A program made the position numbers and the translations under genes. From assembly GCA_964007795.1 (NCBI GenBank), contig CAXGCE010000001.1, forward strand, positions 1 through 27,197: a DNA stretch of 27,197 nucleotides, in the 5' to 3' direction. Source of the DNA: an uncultured Alphaproteobacteria bacterium. Lineage in GTDB: Bacteria; Pseudomonadota; Alphaproteobacteria; GCA-2731375. Below the pieces are notes generated by a model. It ran no database searches and had not been told where the DNA came from. It saw only the letters and a program-made list of their open reading frames with translations. This document shows, piece by piece, positions 1 through 12,555 of this stretch; position 1 is the stretch's first letter; each line of letters starts with the position of its first letter.

Positions 1-1587
1 ATGGTTATGGAGCCCACGGTCCAGGATACTATCTCTATTCTACGCGGCCTGAACGAAAAATACGAATTGCACCATGGGGTGCGTATTTCCGATGGTGCCT
101 TGGTCGCTGCCGCTAGCCTTTCGAATCGTTACATCACCGACCGTTTTTTGCCCGACAAGGCTATTGATCTGATGGACGAAGCGGCCAGCCGTATCCGCAT
201 GGAAATCGATTCCAAGCCAGAGGAAATTGACGAACTGGATCGGCGTATAATCCAAATGAAGATCGAGCGCGAAGCTCTAAAGAAAGAGTACGATGACGCC
301 ACCATCGCGCGGTTGGAAAAACTGGAAAGCGAATTAGCTGATCTGGAAAGCAGGTCCGCTGCCTTGACAGCGTCCTGGCGGAGCGAAAAGGAAAAATTGA
401 GCGAGACCCAAGACCTAAAAGAGCAACTAGAGCAAGCTCGACTGGAAGCGGAAATGGCGCGACGGCAGGGGGACCTAGGTCGCGCCTCTGAATTAGCCTA
501 TGGCGTTATTCCTGATTTGACAAAACGCATTGAAGAGGCGCAGGGCGTTTGCACCAATAACAGCGGCCATATGTTGCGCGAGATGGTGGGAGAAGAAGAT
601 ATTGCTGCCGTGGTAGCCCGTTGGACTGGCGTTCCTGTTGAAAACATGCTGGCAAGTGAGCGGGACAAGCTACTAGCTATGGAACGGCACCTAGGTGACC
701 GCGTCATCGGTCAGGCGGAGGCATTATCTGCCGTCTCGAATGCTGTCCGAAGAGCCCGGGCGGGTCTGCAGGACCCCTGCCGGCCCATCGGCACCTTCTT
801 ATTCCTCGGTCCTACTGGCGTGGGTAAGACGGAACTGTGTAAGGCCTTGGCGGAGTTCCTATTTGACGATGAAGCTGCCATGACCCGCATCGATATGTCG
901 GAATACATGGAGAAACATGCAGTGTCCCGTCTGATCGGCGCCCCACCGGGATATGTGGGTTATGACGAGGGTGGCACGTTGGCAGAAACTGTACGCCGGC
1001 GTCCCTATCAGGTGGTGCTCTTCGACGAGGTGGAGAAAGCACACCCAGACGTCTTCAACGTGCTCCTGCAGGTTTTGGATGACGGTCGTATGACCGATGG
1101 TCAGGGACGCACGGTTAATTTCACCAACACGATCATCGTCCTGACCTCCAACCTTGGCTCCGAACATCTGGCGGCTCTGGCTGATAGCGAGGATTCAGAG
1201 GCTGCGCGCGACGGCGTAATGGCCATGGTGCAGGCGCAATTCCGACCGGAGTTTTTGAACCGGTTGGACGAGATAATCCTATTCCATCGGTTAGCCCGCG
1301 AGCATATGGGTGCTATCGTAGATATCCAACTACGTCACTTAAAGGCTCTCTTGATGAACCGGCAATTGAATTTGTCCCTAGATGCCCGGGCGCGGGACTG
1401 GTTAGCTAAGGCCGGCTACGACCCGGTTTACGGTGCTCGTCCCCTTAAGCGAGTGATTCAGCGGCAGTTGCAGAATCCATTGGCAGAGCAGCTCTTAGAA
1501 AGCGCCTTAAGCGATGGTGAGACCATAAATGTTTCAGTTGCTGAGAACGGTTTGACCATCAACGACATGCTGGTAAAAGCGGCCTAA
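1..1587 (+). CDS. clpB: ATP-dependent chaperone ClpB, 5'-truncated by the window edge
   Basis: End of NBD1 ([22 protein letters not shown]), long coiled-coil M domain, NBD2 Walker [35 protein letters not shown], Walker [11 protein letters not shown], and C-terminal [10 protein letters not shown]. The frame is open from base 1. Confidence 0.98.
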   Translation: MVMEPTVQDTISILRGLNEKYELHHGVRISDGALVAAASLSNRYITDRFLPDKAIDLMDEAASRIRMEIDSKPEEIDELDRRIIQMKIEREALKKEYDDATIARLEKLESELADLESRSAALTASWRSEKEKLSETQDLKEQLEQARLEAEMARRQGDLGRASELAYGVIPDLTKRIEEAQGVCTNNSGHMLREMVGEEDIAAVVARWTGVPVENMLASERDKLLAMERHLGDRVIGQAEALSAVSNAVRRARAGLQDPCRPIGTFLFLGPTGVGKTELCKALAEFLFDDEAAMTRIDMSEYMEKHAVSRLIGAPPGYVGYDEGGTLAETVRRRPYQVVLFDEVEKAHPDVFNVLLQVLDDGRMTDGQGRTVNFTNTIIVLTSNLGSEHLAALADSEDSEAARDGVMAMVQAQFRPEFLNRLDEIILFHRLAREHMGAIVDIQLRHLKALLMNRQLNLSLDARARDWLAKAGYDPVYGARPLKRVIQRQLQNPLAEQLLESALSDGETINVSVAENGLTINDMLVKAA

Positions 1588-1818
1588 TCACTGCACTTGC
1601 TGTTTAGGGGTTGGGACGCTGCCGTCAGCGCAGTCTTCTGTCGAAATAATTCGGGCATAAAGGGAATGTACCGCATTCGTAGCGGAGCCGCCGATTTCTG
1701 AGAATTGTTGCGTTTGGTTAGCTTTCTCGACAACGGGGTGGCGCCGATTTTCGAATAGGATGCCGCCCGCGATGATCATCGTGTTTTTCCCGTAGGCATC
1801 GCGGAATTACATTAGCGA

Positions 1819-3774
<1,956 letters not shown>

Positions 3775-3932
3775 ATTGGTCTCCCTGAAATGCCATGCAC
3801 GAGTTTAGTAGGCGGTCACGGTGCCGCAAACCAGTCATTAGGTGGATTTGATGCCGTTTGCAATGATTGCCCAACTGTGCGGACATCTGCTATGAGGCGG
3901 CAACAGAGTAACCGGACAAGGAATGAGACATC

Positions 3933-4694
3933 ATGCAAGTTGATGGGAATGTTGCAATAATTACGGGGGGAGCCTCTGGTCTAGGGGCCGGCGCTGCGCG
4001 TGAACTAGCGAAGGCCGGTGGGCAAATTGCAATTTGGGATATTCAGGAAGATAAGGGCCTGGAAATCGCGAAAGAAGTAGGTGGCGTCTTCTGCAATTGT
4101 GATGTGACTTCGGAGGAAAGCGTAATTGCAGCCATGGAAGAGACCAAGGAGGCCCTTGGGGTCGGCCGAATTCTAGTCAATTGCGCTGGTACGGGGATTG
4201 CAATCAAAACTTCGTCACGGGGCGAGGCGCATCCTTTGGACCAGTTCCAGCGCATCATCAATATAAACTTGATAGGCACGTTCAATTGCATCCGACTGGT
4301 CACCACCGCAATGATTGAGTTGGAGCCCATGGACCATGGCGAAAGGGGCGTCGTCATCAATACTGCTTCTGTTGCTGCTTATGACGGACAGATCGGGCAG
4401 GCGGCCTATTCTGCCTCCAAGGGCGGGATTGTAGGTATGACCTTGCCTGTCGCCCGGGATCTTGCCGACAAGGGCATTCGTGTTTGTACCATCGCGCCTG
4501 GCATCTTCGAAACACCTTTGCTCGGCACGTTACCCGACGACGTGCGGCAATCCCTGGCCAACGCCGTGCCCTTTCCGCAAAAGCTGGGACAGCCAAGCGA
4601 ATACGCACAATTAGCTCGTCAGATTGTCGAAAATGTTATGTTAAACGCCGAAACCATTCGTTTGGATGGTGCCATCCGTATGGCGCCTCGCTAG
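3933..4694 (+). CDS. SDR-family 3-hydroxyacyl-CoA dehydrogenase type II (HSD17B10-like)
   Basis: TGGASGLG Rossmann motif, VNCAG, ERGVVINTASVAAYDGQIGQAAYSASKGG (YxxxK) and C-terminal IRLDGAIRMAPR. AAGGA SD upstream. Confidence 0.93.
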   Translation: MQVDGNVAIITGGASGLGAGAARELAKAGGQIAIWDIQEDKGLEIAKEVGGVFCNCDVTSEESVIAAMEETKEALGVGRILVNCAGTGIAIKTSSRGEAHPLDQFQRIININLIGTFNCIRLVTTAMIELEPMDHGERGVVINTASVAAYDGQIGQAAYSASKGGIVGMTLPVARDLADKGIRVCTIAPGIFETPLLGTLPDDVRQSLANAVPFPQKLGQPSEYAQLARQIVENVMLNAETIRLDGAIRMAPR

Positions 4695-4934
4695 CATTTA
4701 TGTAAATTTCGCTACGCCATGGCAGTTCGTGCTGGATTTTGAAGAGGCCTGTAGAATAGGCCGGGCTACCTGTCTGAAAATTTACAAAGCACCTTGTATT
4801 AGTTCGAGGCTGCTATTGTTGTTCAGGCCTCAATGATCCTGAACCAGATATCTAAACGGCGTTGTCAAAACACCCCTGTGCGGCATGCGATAAATAGCAC
4901 AGGGTCTGTAGGACGAATTTTGGAAATAATGCCG

Positions 4935-5243
4935 CTAACGAACCTGCTTGAAGTTTTTTAGTGCGGCGTCGATAAATTCAGCAAATTTGACATCACGTTC
5001 GCTCAGGCCATCTACATCATGGCTGGTAAGGATAATTTCGATCCGGTTGTAGACATTCGACCACTCAGGATGATGATTCATCGCCTCGGCCTTCAAGGCG
5101 ATTTGGGTCATGAATGTAAAAGCGCTGTTAAAATCTTTGAAGGTAAAGGATCGCGCAATGGCGTCTCGGTCCGTTCGTAGTTGCCAATCGGGGAGGTTGT
5201 TCAGGGCCTCCTGGCGGCGTGGGCCTTCAAGGCGATCAGTCAT
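4935..5243 (-). CDS. phhB: 4a-hydroxytetrahydrobiopterin (pterin-4a-carbinolamine) dehydratase
   Basis: 102 aa with [10 protein letters not shown], the [12 protein letters not shown] signature and [13 protein letters not shown]. Confidence 0.95.
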   Translation of the reverse strand: MTDRLEGPRRQEALNNLPDWQLRTDRDAIARSFTFKDFNSAFTFMTQIALKAEAMNHHPEWSNVYNRIEIILTSHDVDGLSERDVKFAEFIDAALKNFKQVR

Positions 5244-5406
5244 GGTGATAATAAGGGCGGAAATTCACCACCATGTCGAGTTATGGGTGATCCATGGTGG
5301 CGGTCTGGCTCCATCTAAATTCCTTTCTATAGAGTTAGTGCAGATCAAAATCAGAAATTTGCATTGCCTTCCAATCTATACCAGTTCCGGGTGCCAGCTT
5401 CACGCC

Positions 5407-5952
5407 TCATGACACCTCGCGGTCCAACGGATATTCGGCTTCAATGGTGTAAATTGCTCCCTCACGAGCCAAATGAGACGAAACTAGGCAAATTCGGTCA
5501 ACTGTAAAGAGAGGTGATTTATATTCGCTGTACCGTGCTGCGTAACCTTCGGCTTCGATCAGCGGGGCACCGTTTAGGCGGGCGAGGGTCACGTGGGGAT
5601 GAAAACGTCTGTGTTCCGGCTCTAACCCAACGGCCTTAAGCCCATGCTGAATTTTTTTATGTAGTCTACGTAATTCGGTGTAGTCCCCGACACCCGCCCA
5701 TAGGATGCGTGGTAGTCCCCGTTCGTTAAAGAACCCCGTGCCGCGAAGAGATAGATTGAAACAAGGGTTGGCAATTTGATAAAGCACGTCGTCAATATCC
5801 CTGGCCATAGCGCCATCCACTTCGCCGATAAATCGCAATGTCAAATGCATGCGTTCGCTGTCCTGCCAGCGGGCGCCTTCCACGCCGCCGCACAAAGCCG
5901 TCAAGGTACCCTTAATTCGGTTAGGGATCGGAATAGCCACGAACAGGCGCAT
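5407..5952 (-). CDS. thpR: RNA 2',3'-cyclic phosphodiesterase (2H phosphoesterase, LigT/ThpR)
   Basis: MRLFVAI start, two HxT motifs (HLTLRFIG, FHPHVTLAR), GGAGG SD. Confidence 0.93.
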   Translation of the reverse strand: MRLFVAIPIPNRIKGTLTALCGGVEGARWQDSERMHLTLRFIGEVDGAMARDIDDVLYQIANPCFNLSLRGTGFFNERGLPRILWAGVGDYTELRRLHKKIQHGLKAVGLEPEHRRFHPHVTLARLNGAPLIEAEGYAARYSEYKSPLFTVDRICLVSSHLAREGAIYTIEAEYPLDREVS

Positions 5953-5967
5953 GCGTTAGGCCTCCAC

Positions 5968-6600
5968 TTAACGATCCAACAGGTTAATTACATAGGGTGT
6001 CAAGGCATCGACAATAACCCTGACGCCATTAGCATTGGGATGAATGCCATCGCTTTGGTTAAGATGCGATTTAGCCGCCACGCCGTCCAGGAAGAACGGA
6101 TATAATTTTGCGCCGTGTAACTTTGCTAAATCGGGATATATGCTATTGAAGGCTTGGCTATAGTTCGGTCCCCAGTTTGGGGGTGCCAGCATTCCGGCCA
6201 GCAAAACTGGAATTTTGCGTCTCTTTAACTCTACCAAAATGGCACCGAGATTTTTTCGGGTTACCCGTGGAGGGATCCCCAACAAGGCGTCATTGGCGCC
6301 CAGTTCGACAATTACCAAGTCGACGGCTTCGTTCAAGATCCAAGCCAGCCGCGCCCGTCCGCTCGATGTGGTATCGCCCGAAACGCTTCCGTTCTTAACT
6401 CTGACCGCTTTCCCGGACTGTTTCAATGCGGCTTGCAATTGGGCCACAAACCCATCAGCTCGCGGTAAGCCGTAACCCGCTGTCAGGCTATCTCCAAAGG
6501 TCAATACTACGGGATCCTTGGCCTGGGCAGGCCAGATAGCGATCAGGGTCAGCAAGAATGCGCTGGTCTTGACAAGCTGTTTCACGTAGCCATTTGCCAT
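5968..6600 (-). CDS. tesA: Arylesterase / acyl-CoA thioesterase I (SGNH hydrolase), secreted
   Basis: Blocks FGDSLTAGYG, GSVSGDTT, ELGANDAL and DGIHPN; signal-peptide-like N-terminus ending in AQA. Start placed at ATG 6600 rather than 6864 because the longer ORF overlaps ybbA antisense. Confidence 0.92.
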   Translation of the reverse strand: MANGYVKQLVKTSAFLLTLIAIWPAQAKDPVVLTFGDSLTAGYGLPRADGFVAQLQAALKQSGKAVRVKNGSVSGDTTSSGRARLAWILNEAVDLVIVELGANDALLGIPPRVTRKNLGAILVELKRRKIPVLLAGMLAPPNWGPNYSQAFNSIYPDLAKLHGAKLYPFFLDGVAAKSHLNQSDGIHPNANGVRVIVDALTPYVINLLDR

Positions 6601-6649
6601 AGATGCTTTGCGTTTGCAGGGAGAAAACGGCTTGAATTCTGGCGACATT

Positions 6650-7342
6650 ATGATCGACCTGGATGATGTGCACCTGACGCTGCCCAGCGAGGCGGGGCCG
6701 ATTGATATATTAAGGGGTGTTGGCTTGTCTGTCGCCCGGGGCGAGGCAATTGGTCTTGTTGGTCCTTCGGGTTCGGGGAAATCTACTCTGCTGGCGGTGA
6801 TGGCGGGCTTAGAGCGGCCCGGGCGCGGCCGCGTACGGGTAGCCGGACAATATCTCGAAGCCATGGGGGAAGATGATTTGGCCCGTTTCCGCAGGGACCA
6901 TGTGGGAATCGTCTTTCAGTCCTTTCATTTAATCCCCACCATGACGGCCCTGGAAAATGTGGCCTTGCCATTGGAATTTGCCGGTGTCAGTGACGCTTTC
7001 ACCGAGGCAGAGGCTGCATTGTCCCAGGTCGGATTGGATCACCGTTTCAGCCACTACCCATCCCAGCTATCTGGCGGGGAACAGCAAAGGGTGGCCCTCG
7101 CCCGGGCGGTGGTCCGTCGGCCCGGTTTACTGCTAGCGGACGAGCCCACTGGCAACCTTGACGGATCCACCGGCGCGGCGATTATTGAATTGATGTTTGA
7201 GCTGCATCAAATCACCAATAGCACATTAATTCTTATCACCCATGATTCCGCCTTGACCGAGCGTTGTGACCGTATCGTACATATGGGCGATGGTCGTTTA
7301 AAAGAGCCCGCTAAAATTATTGAAGCGGGAACTTCTGCTTAA
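6650..7342 (+). CDS. ybbA: ABC transporter ATP-binding protein, YbbA type
   Basis: Walker [34 protein letters not shown]. Divergent from tesA and upstream of a YbbP-like permease, the conserved tesA-ybbAP arrangement. Start at ATG 6650 is inferred. Confidence 0.88.
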   Translation: MIDLDDVHLTLPSEAGPIDILRGVGLSVARGEAIGLVGPSGSGKSTLLAVMAGLERPGRGRVRVAGQYLEAMGEDDLARFRRDHVGIVFQSFHLIPTMTALENVALPLEFAGVSDAFTEAEAALSQVGLDHRFSHYPSQLSGGEQQRVALARAVVRRPGLLLADEPTGNLDGSTGAAIIELMFELHQITNSTLILITHDSALTERCDRIVHMGDGRLKEPAKIIEAGTSA

Positions 7343-7343
7343 G

Positions 7344-9863
7344 ATGCCCCGACGTCTCGCCTTCGCAGTTGCCCGACGGGAGTTACGCGGCGGAATTCGG
7401 GGATTTAGAATATTTTTACTTTGTGTAGTCCTAGGCGTGTCGGCAATTGCCGGGGTGGGCTCGCTCTCTGACGCCTTAGTAGACGGACTTCGTCGGGATG
7501 GGCGTAAACTGATCGGCGGAGATGTGGAGCTTCGCCTGTCTCTCCAACCAGCTAATACCGCGCAGATTACCCATCTGAAGGCTGCGGGGCAGGTCAGCCA
7601 AGTGATTGAAATGCGCTCCATGGCCCGCCGACCCGACGGTGCCCGGCGTGGCCTAGTGGAGTTGAAGGGTGTGGATGAGTTTTATCCCCTGCACGGCCGC
7701 ATGCGGTTGGAAGCAGACCTTGATTTGGTCCACGCCCTGAAAATAAGAGATGGTTTGCCCGGCGCAATTGCCGAGAAAGGGCTGTTACAAAGGCTAAAAC
7801 TGAAGGTCGGTGATCCTATCCGGGTGGGAGATGCCACCTATCGCATTGCTGCCGCCATTGTGCGGGAACCAGATCGCGGTGCCGATTCCTTTGTCCTGGG
7901 ACCGCGCCTGATGGTTGCCAAAACAAGCCTGCCTGCGACGAATTTGATCCGCGAAGGGTCTCAGGTTAATTACCGCTACCGCATTGCGCTTCCTCCCGGC
8001 AGCAATGTCCTAGCTTGGATCAGGGACTTGAAGACACGGTTTCCGGAAGCAGGTTGGCGAATCCGCGACACCCGCAACGGAGCTCCGGGCTTGCGCCGTT
8101 TCATAGATCGGATGCGCCTGTTCCTGACCCTGGTGGGGTTGACGGCCCTGTTGGTTGGAGGACTTGGCATCAGTAACGCGGTACGCAGTTTTCTGGAAGG
8201 AAAGACCGCTACCATTGCTACCTTGAAGTGCCTGGGTGCGCCGGCACGTCTAATATTTCAGGTCTATCTGCTGTTAGTCTTGGCCATCACATTTCTTGGT
8301 GTTGCCGTTGGGTTGATTATTGGCACGATCACACCAATAGCTTTGTCCGGATTGCTTGCCGGGCTACTACCGTTTGAAATTCACTTTAGCCTTCATTTTC
8401 TACCTATGCTGCTGGCGGCGGCTTTCGGATTTCTCACGGTACTGGCCTTTACGGTCTGGCCCCTGGCACGAGCTCAAGGGGTGCCCGCAGGTGCCCTGTT
8501 TAGGGATCTGGCCGCGCCTATGGCGTCTCGGCCGCCCTGGCGCTATATGGCCCTTGCTGCGCTGACGTTCGCCGTATTAGCAGCTCTGGTAATTTTTACG
8601 GCGGAGGAGCGGCCTTTTGCTGTTTGGTTTGTTTTTGGCGCTGGTGCCGCCATGGCTGCATTCCTGACCGCTGGCATGAGTATCGTTTATCTGGCTCGAC
8701 GCCTCCCCCGACCCCGCAACGCCGTATTGCGTCTGGCATTGACAAATCTATACCGGCCCGGTGCAGCCACTATTCCCGTCGTGCAATCCTTTGGCCTGGG
8801 ACTGTCGGTTCTAGTGGCGGTGATTAGTGTGGAAGGAAATATGAACCTGCAGGTCAATGAGCGTCTACCGAAACGGGCTCCGGCCTATTTTTTTATAAAT
8901 ATCCTGCCGGAACAGGCTGATAAATTTGAAACTCTGGCCCGAGGTATTGCAGGTGTTTACGAAATTGAGCGAGTGCCGTCCCTGCGCGGCCGCGTGGTTA
9001 AAATTAATGGTGTGGAGACATCCAAGGTGCATGTTGCGCCCGGGGCTGCCTGGGCCGTGCGTGGTGATCGAGGCCTGACCTACACCGGGCCACCTCCACC
9101 CGATGCAAATGTGGTGGCAGGCAAATGGTGGCCAGCGAATTACACCGGCCCACCACTCATTTCTCTCGATGCCAATATTGCTCAGGGAATTGGCGTTGGC
9201 ATTGGCGATACCCTGACCGTTAATGTACTGGGTCGAGAAATTCAGGGCCGCATCCACAATTTGCGACGTATTGATTGGTCAACCATGGGGATCAATTTTG
9301 TTATCGTGTTTTCTCCGGGCGCCTTGGAAGGTGCCCCACATACTTACATTGCCACCGCCAAGACTTCCGAGGCAGCGGAACTGCCTCTTCGGGCGGCGGT
9401 TACCGACGCCTTTCCTAATATCACAGCAATCCGCATTCGAGAGGCACTAGAAGCAGTGAACCAGATTTTGCGTAATATTGGCGCAGCTGTCCGAGCCGTC
9501 GCAGCCGTTACACTGGTTGCCGGGCTTCTTGTCCTCGTAGGGGCCATTGCCGCCAACCACCAGCGCCGGGTTTATGATGCGGTGATGCTCAAGGTATTAG
9601 GAGCAACCCGAAGCCGGGTTCTGGGAACGTATCTTCTCGAATACATTTTTTTGGGCTTAATTACTGCCATTTTGGCCGCGATCATTGGCACAGCAGCGGC
9701 CTGGAGCGTGGTAGTTAAGGTTATGGACATGCCCTGGTATTGGTTGCCCAGCGGGGCCGCTTTTAGCACTGTAATTTGCCTTTTTGTAACGATTGGCGTC
9801 GGCATGCTCGGTACATGGCTGGCCCTGAGCCGGAAGCCCGCACCGCTTTTGCGCAACGAATGA
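7344..9863 (+). CDS. ybbP: FtsX/MacB-like ABC permease, YbbP type
   Basis: ~840 aa with two repeated TM/periplasmic halves (RRELRGG, IATLKCLGA, MLKVLGATR, YFFINI, RGLT). ATG 7344 lies 1 nt after the ybbA stop; TTG 7320 is an alternative start. Confidence 0.88.
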   Translation: MPRRLAFAVARRELRGGIRGFRIFLLCVVLGVSAIAGVGSLSDALVDGLRRDGRKLIGGDVELRLSLQPANTAQITHLKAAGQVSQVIEMRSMARRPDGARRGLVELKGVDEFYPLHGRMRLEADLDLVHALKIRDGLPGAIAEKGLLQRLKLKVGDPIRVGDATYRIAAAIVREPDRGADSFVLGPRLMVAKTSLPATNLIREGSQVNYRYRIALPPGSNVLAWIRDLKTRFPEAGWRIRDTRNGAPGLRRFIDRMRLFLTLVGLTALLVGGLGISNAVRSFLEGKTATIATLKCLGAPARLIFQVYLLLVLAITFLGVAVGLIIGTITPIALSGLLAGLLPFEIHFSLHFLPMLLAAAFGFLTVLAFTVWPLARAQGVPAGALFRDLAAPMASRPPWRYMALAALTFAVLAALVIFTAEERPFAVWFVFGAGAAMAAFLTAGMSIVYLARRLPRPRNAVLRLALTNLYRPGAATIPVVQSFGLGLSVLVAVISVEGNMNLQVNERLPKRAPAYFFINILPEQADKFETLARGIAGVYEIERVPSLRGRVVKINGVETSKVHVAPGAAWAVRGDRGLTYTGPPPPDANVVAGKWWPANYTGPPLISLDANIAQGIGVGIGDTLTVNVLGREIQGRIHNLRRIDWSTMGINFVIVFSPGALEGAPHTYIATAKTSEAAELPLRAAVTDAFPNITAIRIREALEAVNQILRNIGAAVRAVAAVTLVAGLLVLVGAIAANHQRRVYDAVMLKVLGATRSRVLGTYLLEYIFLGLITAILAAIIGTAAAWSVVVKVMDMPWYWLPSGAAFSTVICLFVTIGVGMLGTWLALSRKPAPLLRNE

Positions 9864-9922
9864 CAGCTGAAATTCAGGTGCCTGGATTTCTGGTGAAAAA
9901 CTGCGCCCATTAGGGCATAAAC

Positions 9923-9951
9923 CTTGAAATCGAGCGGAAATTCGACAATAT
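9923..9951 (+). promoter_or_regulatory. Possible promoter of the BI-1/YccA gene (CTTGAA-N16-ACAATAT)
   Basis: CTTGAA at 9923-9928, 16-nt spacer, ACAATAT at 9945-9951. Resembles alphaproteobacterial RpoH/sigma70 promoter consensus; motif match only. Confidence 0.3.
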
Positions 9952-10006
9952 TAAAGTTAGATGAATTCGAAATTCGATACAGTCATTGCAACAAGGGGTT
10001 AGATCA

Positions 10007-10732
10007 ATGGCATTGGATCCAAGAAGTTCAGTATTTGCCCAAGGTAGGGCGGGCGCAGCTGATCAGGCGCAAATTGACGAAGGCCTTCGGGCATATATGC
10101 TGAAGGTTTATAACTACATGGGCTCGGCCCTGTTATTGAGCGGCATCGTGGCCTATGCGGTGGCCCATACGCCGGCACTGATGCAAGTGATTTTTGGCAC
10201 ACCGCTGATGTGGGTAGTCATGCTGGCGCCTTTGGGAATGGTATTTTTCCTTTCCGCCCGTATTGAAAAGATGAGTTTTACCACTGCCCAGACTACATTC
10301 TGGATTTTCGCGGCCTTGATGGGCGCATCCTTGGCCTCGATTTTCGTGATTTACACCCAAACATCCATCGTTCGGGTTTTCATGATTACGGCAGTAACTT
10401 TTGGCGCCATGAGCCTATGGGGTTATACCACCAAGAGGGATTTGTCGGGGATGGGCAGCTTCCTGATGATGGGACTGATTGGGATTATCGTCGCCTCGCT
10501 GGTGAACCTATTCATCCAGTCATCCATGATGCACTGGGTCATCTCCGTCATCGGCGTCTTAGTTTTCACTGGTTTGACAGCCTATGACACGCAGAAGATT
10601 AAAGAGATGTATCTGGTGTCCGACGGCCAGGTGGTCATGGGTAAAAAAGCTATTATGGGTGCCCTGAAACTATACCTGGATTTCATTAACCTGTTCATCA
10701 TGCTCTTACACTTGTTTGGCAACCGCGAATAG
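10007..10732 (+). CDS. Bax inhibitor-1 / YccA family membrane protein
   Basis: IDEGLRAYMLKVYNYM, seven hydrophobic segments, GYTTKRDLSGMG, LTAYDTQKIK and GALKLYLDFINLF. ATG 10007 with AAGGGG SD. Confidence 0.95.
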   Translation: MALDPRSSVFAQGRAGAADQAQIDEGLRAYMLKVYNYMGSALLLSGIVAYAVAHTPALMQVIFGTPLMWVVMLAPLGMVFFLSARIEKMSFTTAQTTFWIFAALMGASLASIFVIYTQTSIVRVFMITAVTFGAMSLWGYTTKRDLSGMGSFLMMGLIGIIVASLVNLFIQSSMMHWVISVIGVLVFTGLTAYDTQKIKEMYLVSDGQVVMGKKAIMGALKLYLDFINLFIMLLHLFGNRE

Positions 10733-10753
10733 AACAGAACGTTAAAAGTTAGG

Positions 10754-10788
10754 AAGCGCCCGGCCAGCGTGCCGGGCGTTTTCTTTTG
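10754..10788 (+). terminator. Rho-independent terminator after the BI-1/YccA gene
   Basis: Stem cgcccggc / gccgggcg (8 perfect bp plus G-U), 6-nt loop cagcgt, followed by ttttcttttg; about 20 nt after the stop codon. Confidence 0.85.
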
Positions 10789-10833
10789 TACTATGTTTCG
10801 TAATTGATTCGGATTTCTGCAGGAGGCTCCATC

Positions 10834-12321
10834 ATGCGCGTCGTCATGGCCATGATGAAACATGAAACCAACACCTTTTCGCCCGTGCCTACAACCTGGA
10901 CCCGGTTCGAGGAATGGAGCGCCTGTTTTGGAGAGGATGTGATCCGGGCCTATGAGCCCACTAATATGACCTTGTCCGCCTATATCAAATTGTGCCGTGA
11001 AGCCGGGGCCGAAATTATCTCGCCCATCGCGGCCGAGGCCATGCCGTCCGGACCAGTGGATGACGATGCCTACCACTTGATGTCCGATCACATTTTGGAG
11101 GCGGTGGCCAAAGGCTGTGACGCCATTATGCTGGATTTGCATGGCGCCATGGTGACGGAAAGCACCCAGGATGGTGAGGGCACCTTGCTCGAACAAGTAC
11201 GCCGAGCTGCCCCGAATACGCCAATCTGTGTAACCTGCGATCTGCACGCCAACCTCACGCAGACCATGGTGGATAACTGCGATGCTTTGATCGGATACAA
11301 GACCTATCCCCATACGGATATGTACGAGGTGGGCACCAGTGTGGGACAAATTCTGCTGGCCAAATTGCGTGGCAAGGCAAATCCGGTGATGTCGTGGGGG
11401 CGTGTCCCTGTATTAAGTCAAACTCTTCGTCAGGGTACTGTCGATGAACCGTTCAAAACTCTGATCCGCATAACGCGGGAAGTGGAAGCATCTGGCGAGG
11501 TCATGGCCGCGACGGTATTTGGCGGCTTCGCTCTGGCGGATATCCACGACGCTGGTATCTCGTGCATCACCATTGCCGATGGAAACCAGGCGGCAGCGGA
11601 CAATGTGGTAGAGCGCCTACGTTCAGAAATGTGGGAAAAGAGGGAGGAGCATCTTTACAATCACGAGCCGTTGGCCGATGCCGTTGCCCGAGCCAAGGCG
11701 ATCACAGATGGCCCCGTCATTTTGCTGGACCATTCGGATAACACGGGTTCGGGCGGTAATCAGGATGTAATGACAGTGATCGCCGAGGTGATCCGTCAGG
11801 GTTTGCAGGATGTAGCCGTGGGCGGCCTGTGGGATCCTGTCGCCGTGCAGCTGATGATGGAGGCTGGCATCGGCAGTACGGTGACCCTGGAGTTGGGCGG
11901 GAAGACTGACATGCCGTCAATCGATCGCGAAGGAGAGCCTCTGACTGTGACCGGCAAGGTCAAGGCGTTGACCGATGGGGAATGGATCGTGCGAGGGCCC
12001 ATGTATCATGGCCTGGTGGTGCGGATGGGTCACACGGCGGTGCTGGATACAGGCAGTATGCAAATTGTCATAGTCTCCCGTCATCATGAGCCGTGGGATC
12101 AGGGTGTCTTTCATTCGGTGGGGATAGAGCCGGCATACAAACGCTATATCTTGTTGAAATCCCGCATCCATTATCGAGCCGGCTTCGCGCCCATCGCCAA
12201 ACACACCATCACTTTGGATGGTGTCGGTGTCACAACATCGGACAACAGTCTATTGAAATACCGTAACGTGCGTCGTCCTATCTACCCCCTAGACAACATA
12301 AATGAGCCGGGACCGGGTTGA
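10834..12321 (+). CDS. MlrC / peptidase M81 family metallohydrolase
   Basis: HETNTFSP, LDLHGAM, DLHAN, YKTYPHTD, DHSDNTGSGG and LKSRIHYRAGF motifs. ATG 10834 with AGGAGG SD. Substrate unknown; family membership does not imply microcystin degradation. Confidence 0.9.
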   Translation: MRVVMAMMKHETNTFSPVPTTWTRFEEWSACFGEDVIRAYEPTNMTLSAYIKLCREAGAEIISPIAAEAMPSGPVDDDAYHLMSDHILEAVAKGCDAIMLDLHGAMVTESTQDGEGTLLEQVRRAAPNTPICVTCDLHANLTQTMVDNCDALIGYKTYPHTDMYEVGTSVGQILLAKLRGKANPVMSWGRVPVLSQTLRQGTVDEPFKTLIRITREVEASGEVMAATVFGGFALADIHDAGISCITIADGNQAAADNVVERLRSEMWEKREEHLYNHEPLADAVARAKAITDGPVILLDHSDNTGSGGNQDVMTVIAEVIRQGLQDVAVGGLWDPVAVQLMMEAGIGSTVTLELGGKTDMPSIDREGEPLTVTGKVKALTDGEWIVRGPMYHGLVVRMGHTAVLDTGSMQIVIVSRHHEPWDQGVFHSVGIEPAYKRYILLKSRIHYRAGFAPIAKHTITLDGVGVTTSDNSLLKYRNVRRPIYPLDNINEPGPG

Positions 12322-12555
12322 TCCATGATAATCCGGACGCGTCCAATTATTGTATCGTCTGCCGAGCGTAATTGTATCTGATCAGAGGACGCAACATGCG
12401 CATCAATTCTGGCCATTGCCCTAGTAAACGGCCCTGCTTCCAGTAGCATAAGGACACGGTAGTCACCGAAAAAAGCCTAGGCGATCCTCCTTGCGAGCCG
12501 CCCAAGCGTCTTTTAGGCGAATAGTTCCCAAGATCAGCTTTGGAGTAGTCCCAAA

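Noticed and set aside
6601-6864. N-terminal extension of the 298-aa tesA ORF in the track
   Set aside because: It lies antisense to the ybbA Walker A region, and the TesA signal peptide and homology begin at ATG 6600.
10582-11349. 255-aa minus-strand ORF, and similar 100-180 aa antisense or alternative-frame ORFs over acsA, the LLM genes and yej
   Set aside because: These are shadows of well-supported genes on the opposite strand or frame, with no recognisable motifs.
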